A stretch of DNA of 64,000 nucleotides from Mobula hypostoma (taxonomy: Eukaryota): NCBI RefSeq assembly GCF_963921235.1, contig NC_086097.1, positions 6,324,001-6,388,000 on the forward strand. Direction: 5' to 3'. The stretch's first letter is position 1; each line of letters begins with the position of its first letter. The position numbers and the translations under genes were made by a program. The notes below the pieces were generated by a model. It was given only the letters and a program-made list of their open reading frames with translations, was not told where the DNA came from and ran no database searches. This document shows, in pieces, positions 12,817 to 24,724 of this stretch.

Positions 12817-12971
12817 TACAGTGGATTCCAGTTAATTGGGCCATTGGTTAATTGGGGCAGCTGCTTATTTGGGACACATCTTAAAGAAAGAAAAAAAGTA
12901 ATCAAGAAAATCTTCAGTATTCCCTCCATTTATCTGATACACTGCGCTGCTTAATAGGAACAGGAAACTGT

Positions 12972-14055
12972 TCAAGGTTCAAAGTTCAAAGCAAATGTAT
13001 TATCAAAGCACGTATATGGCACCCTATACATTCCTGAGATTCATTTTGTTGCGGACATAGTAAATCTAAGAACCATGACTGAATCATTGAAAGACTGTTC
13101 ACAACCAGGGGAACAAATGTGCAGAGACAACAAACTGTGCAAATACAAAAAAGGTTAATAATAATAATAAAAAATAATAATAATTACTATTATTGTAAAT
13201 GAGCAATAAATACCGAGAACATGAGATGAAGAGTCATGAAAGTGAGTCCATAAGTTGTGGGAACAGTTCAGTGATGGGACAAGTGAAGTTGAGTGAAGTT
13301 ATCCCCTTTGGTTCAAGAGCCTGATGGTTGCGGAGTAATAACTGTTACTGAACCTGGTGGTGTGAGTCCTGAGGCTCCTGTGTCTTCCTGATTACAGCAG
13401 CAAAAAAGAAAGCATGGCGTGGACGGTGGGTACTCTAATGATGATCATGCCCTCCCGCAACAATGCTCCATGTAGATGTGTAGACTTTACCTGTGATGGA
13501 CTGGGACTTATCCACTACTTTTTGTGGGACTTTCCTTTCAAGGGCATTGGTATTTCCATACCAGGGCTGTGATGCAACCAGTCAACGTACTCTCCACCAC
13601 ACATGCCAAAACACCAAGGAATTTAAAGTTTCCGACCCTCTCCAACTTTGCACCTCCAATGAGGACTGGCTCATGGAACTCTGGTTTCCTCTTCCTGAAG
13701 TCAAAAATTAGCTCCATTGTCCAGCTGACATTGAGTGAGAGGCTGTTGTTGTGGAACCAGGCAGCCAGATTTTCAGTGTCCCTACTACATGCTGATTCAT
13801 CACCACCTTTGATTCAGCCAACAATAGTGGTGTCATCAGCAAACTTAACTTTGGTATTGAAGATGTGCTTAGCCACACAGTCATAAGTATAATTCATGTA
13901 GAGGAGAGGGCTTAGCATGCAGGTTGTGGGGCACCTTTCCTGATGCAGATTGTGGAAGAGATGTTGTCGTCAACCTGGATTGACTGGGGTCTGTAAATCA
14001 GGATTCAATTGCACAAAGAGGTACTGAGGCTAAGGTCTTGAAGCTTATTGATTAG
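12972..14055 (-). mobile_element. Rex1/Babar fragment (RT core to 3' tail, internally deleted)
   Basis: minus strand KFADDTTIVG..DESACSRDTENLAAWFHNNSLSLNVS. Confidence 0.85.
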
Positions 14056-14151
14056 TATAGATCAGTTTCAATTTAGTGTCTGTCCTGTGCACTTCTGTGG
14101 CCTGTTAGATGCCACAACGTATTTTGAGCTAACAGTTTTTAAATAGGTCTA

Positions 14152-14930
14152 GTTCAAGTCAAATCAAGTCAAGTCACTTTTCATTGTCATTTCGACCATA
14201 AACTGCTGGTACAGTGCACAGAATAAAGGAAACAACATTCCTCCAGGACCATGGTGCTACATGAAACAACACAAAACTACACTAGACTAAGTGAGACAAC
14301 ACAAGGCTACACGAGACTATGTAAGACAACACAGAAACTACACTAGACTACAGACCTGCACAGGACTACATAAAGTGCACAAAATAGTGCAGGGCAGTAC
14401 AGTAAAAATAAACAAGACAATAGGCATAGTAGAGGACAAATTACAATATAATAATAAATGATGTAGACGTCAGTCTAGACTCTGAGTATTGAGGAGTCTG
14501 ATGACTTGCGGGAAGAAACTGTAGTCGTGAGAGCCCAAATGCTTTGGTACCTTTTGCCAGATGGCAGGAGGGAGAAGAGTTTGTATGAGGGGTGCGTGGG
14601 GTCCTTCACAATGCTGTTGGCTTTACGGGTGCAGCGTGTGGTGTAAACGTCTGTAATGGCAGGAGGAGAGACCCTGATGATCTTCTCAGCTGACCTCACT
14701 AACCGCTGCAGGGTCTTGCGATCCGAGATGGTGCAATTCCCGAACCAGGCAGTGATGCAGCTGCTCAGGATGCTCTCAATACAACCTCTGTAGAATGTGG
14801 TGAGGATGGGGGGTGGGAGATGGATTTTTCTCAGCCTTCACAGAAAGTAGAGACACTGCTGTGTTTTCTTGGTGATGGAGCTGGTGTTGAGGGACCAGGT
14901 GAGATTCTCCGCGAGGTGAACACCAAAAAT
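14152..14930 (-). mobile_element. Rex1/Babar 3' fragment
   Basis: ORF 14475-14699 RSAEKII..DPTHPSYKLFSLLPSGKRY; (TCAAG)n tail; ~30-bp degenerate tandem in the UTR at ~14270-14350. Confidence 0.88.
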
Positions 14931-15419
14931 TAGTTGCATGTGTTTGTGTTCAATATGCAGCAATTTTTGTCACTGATAGTTGATGAGAAATAAGCAGTAG
15001 GACAATTCAGAATCGTTTTTCTCACAGCAGTTTCAAGCATTCAGGCTTGGAGATACCAGAAATGACTGGGAGTTAAAATGAAATGAATTCTCAAATTCAG
15101 CAAGTCAGGAACTACGAAAAATTTGAAGGTATTGGCAATCATCTTGAATATTACAATGAAATGAAGATTTGGAGGATGCAATCATCAAATTTATTGCATG
15201 AAGATATTCTATTACCTGCACTAAATGTCTACTCTGATTTTGTTCATTTACAGTCAACCAAAAGTACACAGCAGTGTACCATCGAAGAATTCACTTTTCA
15301 AATAACTATTAGGAACTAATACAGTTTTTTAGTACTGTAGTAGTATTGATAGTGTACTAATTTGTTCTGTATTTAATTTAAATATATAATATGTTACTCG
15401 GTTAAATAGCAGTTTGTCT

Positions 15420-16298
15420 AGATGCATCCAATACAGCATTCTCTACAACTTCTATCATCTTCCACCAAGCCCTCTCCCAGCTCTCCACAATCCACAGGTT
15501 TCATTTCCTCTATGGTTCCCTCGTCCATTTGTCCCTCCTCACTAAACTCCCTCCTGGCACATATTACTGCAAGTGACAGGAATGCTACACCTACCCATTA
15601 GCCTCCTCCATTACCTCAATTCAGGGCCCCAAAGGGTCCTTCCAGGTGAGGCAACAGTTCACCTGTCGGGGTCATATTTTGTATCCAGTGCGCCTGATGT
15701 GGCCACCTCTATACTGATGAGACCTGACATAATTTGGGGGTCTACTTTGTCAAGCTCTTTCTCTCCATTCACCAGAAGTGGAATTTCCCAGTGGCCAACC
15801 ATTTTAATTCTGATTTCCTTTTTTGATATGTGCCAAGATGAGGCCACCCTCAGGGTGGAGGAGCAACATCTTATATTCGGTTTGGGTAGCTGCCAACATA
15901 ACCGCATGAAAATGTCGATTTCTCCTTAAAGGCATTTTTTTCCTACTCCCTTCCCTCTTCAATTCCACACTCTGGCATCTTACCTCTTCTCCTCACCTGC
16001 CTATCACCTTCCCTGATGCCCCTCCTTCCCTTTTTCCTATGAGCCACTCTCCCATCCTATCAGATTCCTTCCTCGCCAGCCCTTTACCTTCCCCAGCCAC
16101 CCAGTTTTGCCTATCACCCTCCTTCACCTCCCCCCCACCTCTTTATTCTGGCATCTCCCCCCTTCCTTTCCGATCCTGAACAAAGGCCTCAGCCTATTAA
16201 GTTCATTTCCATAGATGCTACCAGACCTTCTGAGTTCCTCCTGCATTTTGTGTTTGTTACTTTTGGATTTCCTGGATCTACAAAATCTTTTATGTTTG
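15420..16298 (+). mobile_element. Older Penelope-like element (GIY-YIG plus pLTR)
   Basis: CQDEATLRVEEQHLIFGLGS; pyrimidine-rich pLTR; decayed ribozyme near 16175. Confidence 0.85.
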
Positions 16299-16984
16299 TC
16301 TTTTTTTTATACTTCTTAAATTTGTTTGCATGAAATTTCACTCAACTGGGACAGCTGCATATTTGGGATGATTTGTAATGGCCCAATTAACCAAAATCCT
16401 CCACACTTAATTTAAATAACTAAATAACTTTTAAAGGTGAATCCCTCAGGGAATAAAAGGTCAGGCTGATAGCTGCATGACAAACTTTCTAGCCTTGTGG
16501 ACCAAACTTGAGGGAGTCATCCAACTAGTTTCACAGTTGCTCATTCAGAGTGCAGTTAAGTGTTAGTGCTCATATTTTACAGTATTCCTAAATTGAAGCT
16601 TTTAAAATCAGTAGCAGTGCAACATCAATGGAAATAACTGTCAGGACTGCAATGTAACTTCTTGTTAATTCAGCAGTGCTCATGTGGTATAACAAAATGC
16701 AACTTGCAACCTCATGGGGCATGCTGAAAATCCAGCTGTAATTGTCTCTCACAGAACTCGTGAGTACCAAATTAGCACAGGGCCACAGAGGCCAGTTTGG
16801 AAGCAATGAAACTGACTGGATGGATCACAGGGGGAAAAGAGGACTCTTCTCAGATCTGAACAAATCATCGTCAACAAGAATGTGTACAGTTACTGTGGGT
16901 TGTGAAGGAAAAGTACCAATGTGACTGTAGGTTTGACCTTTGGAAGTACTTTAAAAATATTCTTCCTAATATTTTTGAGAACAA

Positions 16985-17533
16985 CTAGCCTCTTAATCTA
17001 TTGTAAAGATGAAGCCACACTCGGGTTGGAGGAACAACACCTTATATTCCCTCTGCGTAGCCTCCAACCTGATGGCATGAACATTGATTTCTCTAACTTC
17101 CGTTAATGCCCCTCCTCCCCTTCTTACCCCAGCTCTTATTTATTTATTTAATTTCTCTCCTTCCCTCTCACAATAACTCCTTGTCTGTTCTCCATCTTCC
17201 TCTGGTGCTCCCCTCCCCCTTTCTTTCTTCTGAGGCCTTCCGTCCCATGGTACTCCCCCTTCTCCAGCCTTGTATCCCTTTTGCCAATCAACTGCTCTGC
17301 TCTTGGCTTCATCCCTCGCCCTCCTGTCTTCTCCTATCATTTCGGGTCTCTCCCTCCCCCTCCCACTTTCAAATCTCTTACTATCTCTTTTTTCCGTTAG
17401 TCCTGACGAAGGGTCTCGACCTGAAACGTCGACTGTACTTCTTCCTATAGATACTGCCTGGCCTGCTGCGTTCACCAGCATTTTGTGTGGGCTGCTTGAA
17501 TTTCCAGCATCTGCAGATTTTCTCGTGTTTGCG
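16985..17533 (+). mobile_element. Penelope ORF end, pLTR and tail
   Basis: YCKDEATLGLEEQHLIFPLRSLQPDGMNIDFSNFR*; tail gaatttccagcatctgcagattttctcgtgtttgc. Confidence 0.92.
17399..17434 (+). ncRNA. Minimal hammerhead ribozyme, intact core
   Basis: AGUC CUGACGA A GGGU-CUCG-ACCU GAAAC GUC GACU; palindromic ACGU stem III. Confidence 0.85.
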
Positions 17534-17689
17534 ATCCTAATCTGCGCATGGTCGCAATTCAGTTAGTTTTGGTTCTTATTGTCCCAGGGTTATCTTTGTT
17601 TACTCTGTTTACCAAGTTATTATGTGGCTACGGGAACTAATGGGAGACTAGGAGATGGAGAAACCCATACCAGCTCACACCATTTTCTT

Positions 17690-18350
17690 ATAGTCATAGA
17701 GTCCGAGAGAAGCATAGCTCAGAAACAGGTGGATCAGCCCATATATTTTGCACCAAACTATTTAACCTGCCGACTTCCATTGACCTGCATCTGGACTACA
17801 GTCCTCCATACCCCTGCTATCCATATACCTTTCCAAACTTCTCTTCAACATTGAAATCAAGTTCACATGCACCAGTTGTGCTGTCAGCCCATTCCACACT
17901 TTCATGGCCCACTGAGTGAAGAAGTTTCCTCTTTAACTTTCAACATTTCACCCTTAACTGTTGTTCTCTGGTCATAGTCCCACCCAGCCTGAGTGGAAAA
18001 AGTCTGCTTGCATTTACCCTATCTATACCTCTCATAATTCTGTATACCTTTATCAAATCTCTCCTCAATTTTCCATGAACCAAGGTATTAAGGTATTAAG
18101 TCCTAACCTAGTCAATCTTTCCATATCACAAGGTCCTCTAGTCTCAGCAAGATCCTTGTATTTTTTCTCTGTACTCTTTCAACTTTATTTCCATCTTTCC
18201 CACAGCTGGGTGACAAGACAGCACACAGTACTCCAAATTTGGCCTCACCAACATCTTACAGAACTTCAACATAACATCTCATTTCCTGTGCAGAGTACTT
18301 TGATTTATGAAAAGCTTTCTTACCCTATCTACTTGTGACACTACTTTCAA
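17690..18350 (-). mobile_element. CR1 3' end
   Basis: ctccaaatttggcctcacc (VRPNLE on minus); tagtcatagagtc tail. Confidence 0.85.
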
Positions 18351-19127
18351 TGAATTCTTTACCAGCCATCGTGGAAATAGAGGCGGAATCTTCCAGGTCA
18401 GTCATTTCACCTTGGCCTTGCATAGAAATGTTTTGTAAAAACATTGAAATGGGATTACATTGGTTATTTATAACCAGTATGGACACAGTGAGTGACAATC
18501 CTCCTTCTCTGGTGAAATTTCAACCACTTACATGGGTGTGGTTATTTGAAAACTCTCTGATTAAAAAGCAGCATGCCATTCTGGTAAACACTGGGCAGAT
18601 CCTTCTTATATTTTTAAAAAATAAAATGACAAAGAGTTTAAATAAATTAAATTCTATTACTCTGCACTTTCCTGTAATGAATAATTAACAACTTGGGTGT
18701 AAAATCTGGCAAGTGTTGAGGCACAAATTGCTGAAAATCTTGACAAGCTTAAAGACGTCTGCCTATCCGCTTTGTTTGGGGATCCTGATTAATGAGCTAT
18801 TTAATATCCTGTTCCTGGTAATCTTTTGATCTGCAAATGGGATTATTTGAATTATTGGCAGTCTGTTCAGGAAGGTCATTAGATTCCTTTTCTCAAGGGT
18901 CATGTTTAAAGACCAATACATTCCCTTTATTTCTCACAGTTATCACATTATTTTTTCCTTATCTTCCTCTTAAAAGTAATGAGGCTCTCACTTGCATGCA
19001 GTTCCCCTAAAGGGTTTAAGCACCTTGCCACATGCAGAACAAAGCTGTCCAATTGCAGATCCGTCTGCCTAATCATCCATGCACAAGTATAAGCAAATTT
19101 GCTTTTTGTCTGTCAGCAATCCTGTTA

Positions 19128-20050
19128 TAAAATCTTCATCCTTGCATTAGATTCCACTTTGAAGTTAAAACGCTGCTGATATCTGTAACTTCCTCCATCC
19201 CTGCAACTTCTGTGATGTCTCCCCTTGGGTCTCCTCTGCATCACTGGTCTCCTCTGCTCCAGCACAGCCACAGCGGCTTGTCACTGTCTATGCCGGAAGC
19301 TTGTAAATTCCTCCCAGAATCCCTGCACTTCTCTTTTGTATCTTTTTTACGTGCTAACTCATTCCTTAGAACCTCCCTCTGCTCCCTCATCCCTCAGGAG
19401 ACTGAGGTCCTTTGACATCTGCCGGACGATGCTGAGGATGTTCTACAAGTCTGTGGTGGCCAGTGCTATCATGTTTGCTGTTGTGTGCTGGGGCAGCAGG
19501 CTGAGGGTAGCAGACACCAACAGAATCAACAAACTCATTCGTAAGGCCAGTGATGTTGTGGGGATGGAACTGGACTCTCTGACGGTGGTGTTTGAAAAGA
19601 GGATGCTGTCCAAGTTGCATGCCATCTTGGACAATGTCTCCCATCCACTACATAATGTACTGGGTGGGCACAGGAGTATACACTCAGCCAGAGACTCATT
19701 CCACCGAGATGCAACACAGAGCGTCATAGGAAGTCATTCCTGCCTGTGGCCATCAAACTTTACAACTCCTCCCTTGGAGGGTCAGACACCCTGAGCCAAT
19801 AGGCTGGTTCTGGATTTATTTCCATCTGGCATAATTTACATATTACTATTTAACTATTTATGGTTTTATTTCTATTTATTATTTATGGTGCAAATGTAAC
19901 GAAAATCAATTTCCCCTGGGATCAATAAAGTATGACTATGACTATGACTAATATCTCACATTGTGGCAAATTGTCAGATTTTCTTTATCAACATTTTTGT
20001 AAAGTGCCTTGGGATATTTTATGGTATTAATGTCATAAATTAGCTATTGA
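19128..20050 (+). mobile_element. Ancient L2-type LINE 3' relic interrupted by a Rex element
   Basis: aaaatcttcatccttg..tgtaacttcctcc..aagcttgtaaattcctccc..ccttagaacctccctct, resuming as tgtaaagtgccttgggatattt; recognised from recalled L2 3' consensus. Confidence 0.55.
19395..19950 (+). mobile_element. Rex1/Babar-type 3' fragment
   Basis: LRRLRSFDICRTMLRMFYKSVVASAIMFAVVCWG..NKLIRKASDVVG; AATAAA plus (TATGAC)n tail. Confidence 0.9.
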
Positions 20051-20104
20051 AGAACTTTGACATATAATGTGAGTATTATTACTTTGAGAAGTTTATTCTT
20101 ACTT

Positions 20105-20385
20105 ATTATTTAGAGATAGAGTGTGGAACAACCCCATTTGGCTCAACAAATCACACCACCCAGAAGCCCACCCAGCACTTGAGCCTAATCACATGACAAT
20201 TTACAACGACCAATGAACCGATTGACTAGTATGTCTTCGGACTGTGGGAGAAAACCAGAGCAGCTAAAGGAGACCCATATGGTTCACGGGGAGAATGGAC
20301 AACCTTCTTATAGTTGGCACCAGAACTGAACTCTGACATCCAGAGCTGTATTAGCATCATGCTAACCACTATGCTACTGTGGAAC
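20105..20385 (-). mobile_element. V-SINE (HE1-like)
   Basis: gtcttcggactgtgggagaaaaccagagcagc; atgctaaccactatgctac (A-box on minus). Confidence 0.8.
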
Positions 20386-20669
20386 CTTAATAATAAAGTT
20401 AGGCTAATTCATTAGTGTACTACTACTCAGAGAATTGGAAAAATTGGCATTCTACTATTTTGGATTAAATGGCCTGTTGGAGCCATGTATCTATTTTCTA
20501 TCAGCATTGTATCATGAGTTGTACATTTATTGTGGTAGTTGGTCATGTGGGTAGGGGTGTGGTAGACGTGAAGAGTTTCAATTAAGTGCTCATGCTTTTT
20601 AAAGTCAGTCTGGTTAGTATAGAACTAGGGAGTAGGTCGGGGTGATATCTTTTTGTTGACCGTTTAATT

Positions 20670-21170
20670 TAGGTTCAATAAGTTCAATAAGTACACTTAA
20701 TGTCAGGGAAATGTTTCAAAAGTTTCAGGGGTTTCAGAGGTACATTTAACATCAGAGAAATGTATACAATATACGTACATTCTGAAATTCTTTTTCTTCG
20801 CAAGCATCCACAAAAAAAGAGGAGTGCACCAAAGAATGAATGTTAAACATTAGAACCCCAAAGTCCTCTCCCAGCTGCCCCTCCAACGCACAAGCAGCAG
20901 TAAAGCAACAATCCCCCTTCCCCCACCAGCGCAAAGCATTGGCTCCCTCCACTCAGCACTCAAGTGTGCAGCAAAGCGTCAATAAAGACACACACTTGCA
21001 GTACCCCAAAGACTACTCGTTCATCCTGTAATTTCACATACCACAGGCTCTCTCTCTCTCCCTAATAAGGGAAAAAGAGGTGTGCCCATTTCACAGCGAG
21101 AGGGGAGACATAACTAAAAACTCACTGATTTATGATGTTAAAAATCTGTTGTGTCACTTTTTCCAAGCTC
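20670..21170 (-). mobile_element. Non-autonomous retroposon, same family as 62745-63547, with a doubled 3' tail
   Basis: Reverse complement aligns to ~63110-63545; two successive tail motifs at ~20670-20715 and ~20716-20770. Confidence 0.75.
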
Positions 21171-21229
21171 TGCACCAAGAGAAATTTTTTTTCTGAGCCA
21201 TTTTTTCTTCAGAAGCTCGAAATATTTTC

Positions 21230-22170
21230 TCTTCAGACCGTAAAAAAGTGGAACTTTGAAAACATCCAAGCAAGAACTGGAAGAGTAGCTGGAAAAGAAT
21301 CACACCAACTTGAAAAGGCAGGAACATATGATCATTCCATCTGCCATCAACCAATTCAGTCCCCCCACCTACCAGGGATTCTGACCCTCCAAAATGGAGA
21401 GGAGCAGAGAAGGTATTCTGACAGACAGGAACATCTGCTCCCGAGCCTAATGGAGTACATATAGGCTTTATAAGAACACACCAGACATCTTGCAGTTTCT
21501 TTGGATGCTCATGAGGTTTGTGTGGCAGAGGTGAATAGTATGCAAAGCGTGGGTAAGGGCTGGCACTGTCCTGATTACAAAAAAAAGGATGCAGAAAACA
21601 CCAGTCAGTTTTGTCCAATCTGCCTTCTGAACATTGAGAGGAAAATTTTCTTCACTGTAATAAAACTGAGGCTGGCCAGCTACTTGGAAAGAAATAACTA
21701 TATTGATACATCTGTTCAGAAAGCAGGAATTCCAGGGATCTCCGAGTGTTTGAAACATGCAAGCATGATATGGCACCAGATCCAAGAAGTTAGGAAGGAC
21801 AAAAGAAATCTCTCCGTGAGCTTGCCAATGCATTTGTCTCAGTTCCCTATGCACTCCTGTGGGAAGTACTGGCCTTCTTCCAGATACTAGAGCCCATCTC
21901 AATGGTGGTGAAGTTGTACATTTAAGATCTGCAACAGCAGATTTTACCACAAGACGGCAGAGACGGGAAGTAGTTATTACGGCAGATTGCACTATATCCA
22001 CCCTGGACTTCTCAATGCCATGGAGGTCACTATCAGGACTTCAAAATGGGTGGTAGGCAGTGAAAGAGCAAGTGCTAGGACCTTGTCCTTCCCCTAATAG
22101 GGTGAACATGGACGATATAACAACACTGACTGCCATTGCAGCATGCACCAAATGACGACTAGGAAACCAT
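21230..22170 (+). pseudogene. Hero-clade (RLE-type) non-LTR RT fragment
   Basis: SAPEPNGV..; KDAENTSQFCPICLLNIERKIFF..YIDTSVQKAGIPGISECLKH..WHQIQ; NMDDITTLT (YMDD-like) at ~22105. Confidence 0.85.
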
Positions 22171-22551
22171 TACTCTTCACAGACAGAAAAACAGAGAGGA
22201 AAAAATCACCCAACGTACGAATGACAGAAAAACGCTAGAACCCCAGAGCACCTCTCCCCACTCCGACGCACAAGCAGCAGCAAAATCATCAATCCCCCCC
22301 CCCACACTTGCTCCAATAAAGAGCATCAGCGCCACTCCCCAATCACCCACTATGCAAGCAACAGCAAAGCCCACAGAGACCATGATCTAGATCCCATTAA
22401 AAACTACCGTCCATCCCAGCACTTCGGCAACTCAAACAGGCCCTCTCTCTCACTAACACAAGGAATTCTGCAGATGCTGGAATTTCATGCAACACACATA
22501 AGAGTTGCTGGTGAACACAGCAGGCCAGGCAGCATCTCTAGGAAGAGGTAC

Positions 22552-22587
22552 AGTCAACATTTCGGGCCGAGACCCTTCGTCAGGACT
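22552..22587 (-). ncRNA. Minimal hammerhead ribozyme (GUU triplet, CpG-decayed)
   Basis: minus strand AGUC CUGACGA A GGGU-CUCG-GCCC GAAAU GUU GACU. Confidence 0.7.
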
Positions 22588-23885
22588 AACTGAAAGAAGA
22601 GCTAGTAAGAGATTTGAAAGTGGGAGGGGGATGATAGGAGAAGACAGGAGGGGGAGGGATGGAGCCAAGAGCTGGACAGGTGATTGGCAAAAGGGATACG
22701 AGAGGATCATGGGACAGGAGGCCCAAGAAGAAAGAAAAGGGGGAGGGGGAAGCCCAGAGGATGGGTAAGGGGTATAGTGAGAGGGACAGAGGGAGTAAAA
22801 GGAGAGAGAGAGAGAAAGAATGTGAGTATATAAATAAATAAATAACAGATGGGGTACGAGGGGGAGGTGGGGCATTAGCGGAAGTTAGAGAGTCAATGTT
22901 CATGCCATCAGGTTGGAGGCTACCCAGACGGAATATAAGGTGTTGTTCCTCCAACCTGAGTTTGGCTTCATCTTTACAGTAGAGGAGGCCGTGGATAGAC
23001 ATATCAGAATGGGAATGGAACGTAGAATTAAAATGTGTGGACATATCAGAATAGGAATGGGACGTGGAATTAAAATGTGTGGACGTATCAGAATATATCT
23101 CCCCACCTCTCTGCTTTCCGCAGGGATCACTCCCTACGCGACTCCCTTGTCCATTCGTCCCCCCATCCCTCCCCACCGATCTCCCTCCTGGAACTTATCC
23201 TGTAAGCAGGACAAGTGCTACACGTGCCCTTACACTTCCTCCCTCACTACCATTCAGGGCCCCAGACAGTCCTTCACTTGTGAGTCGGCTGGGGTGATAT
23301 ACTGCGTCCGGTGCTCCCAATGTGGCCTTCTATATATTGGCGAGACCCGATGCAGACTGGGAGATCGTTTGGCTGAACACCTACGCTCTGTCCGCTAGAG
23401 AAAGCAGGATGTCCCAGTGGCCACACATTTTAATTCCACATCCCATTCCCATTCTGATATGTCTATCCACGGCCTCCTCTACTGTAAAGATGAAACCACA
23501 CTCAGGTTGGAGGAACAACACCTTATATTCTGTCTGGGTAGCCTCCAACCTGATGGCATGAATGTTGACTTCTCTAACTTCCGCTAATTCCCCACCTCCC
23601 CCTCGTACCTCATCCATTATTTATTTATATACACACATTCTCTTTCTCTCTCTCCTTTTTCTCCCCCTGTCCCCCTCACTATACCCCTTGCCTATCCTTT
23701 GGGTTTTCCCCCCCTCCCCCTTTTCTTTATTCCTGGGCCTCCTGTCCCATGATCCTCTCATATCCCTTTTGCCAATCACCTGTCCAGCTCTTGGCTCCAT
23801 CCCTCCCCCTCCTGTCTTCTCCTATCATTTTGGATCTCCCCCTCCCCTCCCACTTTCAAATCTCTTACTCACTCTTCCTTCAGTT

Positions 23886-23921
23886 AGTCCTGACGAAGGG
23901 TCTCGACCCGAAACCTCGACT
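23886..23921 (+). ncRNA. Minimal hammerhead ribozyme (CUC triplet, stem III mismatch)
   Basis: AGUC CUGACGA A GGGU-CUCG-ACCC GAAAC CUC GACU. Confidence 0.7.
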
Positions 23922-24724
23922 GTACCTCTTCCTAGAGATGCTGCCTGGCCTGCTGCGTTCACCAGCAACTTTGATGCGTGTCGCTCTCTCTCACTAACGA
24001 GGGAGAGAGATATATTGATCCTGCCACAGCATGAGGGGAGGCCAACAACTTGCTGTTTTGATGTTAAGATCTGCAGCATAGTTTCTTTGAGTTCCCATGA
24101 CTCGAGAACCAGCAGACTCTCTCTCAGCATCATATATTAGAAGACTCTATCTACATTACAGTCTATTTCTAAAGTTTGGCAACATTGAAGCTGACTGATT
24201 AATTTTGGAAGTAAGAGTAGAATGTGCATACAGACATATTCATAACCTCTGTGACTGAGAACTTTTTTTCCTGCCTCATTATCAGAGTTGCTCCAGTAGA
24301 TTATTATAGAGTCAGACTGTGTGTATTTGAAGGCTAGAAATCATTTCAATAATTTGTAAAAAATATTTAGCTGAGCAATATATTCACAAATTCCAAAAAC
24401 TCCAGGGCTTGTATTCTTTATATGAGAAAATACGGAGATGATAGAAAGGAGCTACAAGGAAGTAGTCATCCCTCAGTTGTAGCCAACAGGTACGTAGGTG
24501 ACTGTTGAAAGAGGGGCAGGAAGTACAGTGTACCCTTGTGGCCATTCCCTACAATAATAAGTATACTGTATTGGATACTACTGAGGGGGACAACTTACCA
24601 GGGGGAAACCACAGCCAACACTTTCTCAATCAGTTGCCGTGTAACAGGGGGACAAAATCGAAAAGGGTGACAAATACAGGACTGAAGGTTTTACATTTGA
24701 ATACATATAATAAACACAGTAAGG

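Larger units (their letters stand above)
12819..16405 (+). mobile_element. Internally deleted Tigger/pogo-like DNA transposon hosting three nested retroelements
   Basis: TA|CAGTGGATTCCAGTTAATTGGGCCA left TIR; degenerate right TIR TGGCCCAATTAACCAAAATCC at ~16379-16399; ~14975-15040 reads DS**EISSRTIQNRFSHSSFK, resembling the pogo DDE C-terminal W..V...TI.NCF motif. Confidence 0.65.
22458..23983. mobile_element. Penelope insertion with inverted halves (minus 22458-23094, plus ~23097-23983) and 15-bp TSD
   Basis: TSD CTCTCTCTCACTAAC at 22443-22457 and 23984-23998; GIY-YIG CESAGVIYCVRCSQCGLLYIGETRCRLGDRLAEH. Confidence 0.93.
22180..24130 (-). mobile_element. Related non-autonomous retroposon, split by the Penelope insertion at 22458-23983
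   Basis: cacaagcagcagcaaa..ctctctctcactaac|gagggagaga resembles 20890-21080. Confidence 0.65.
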
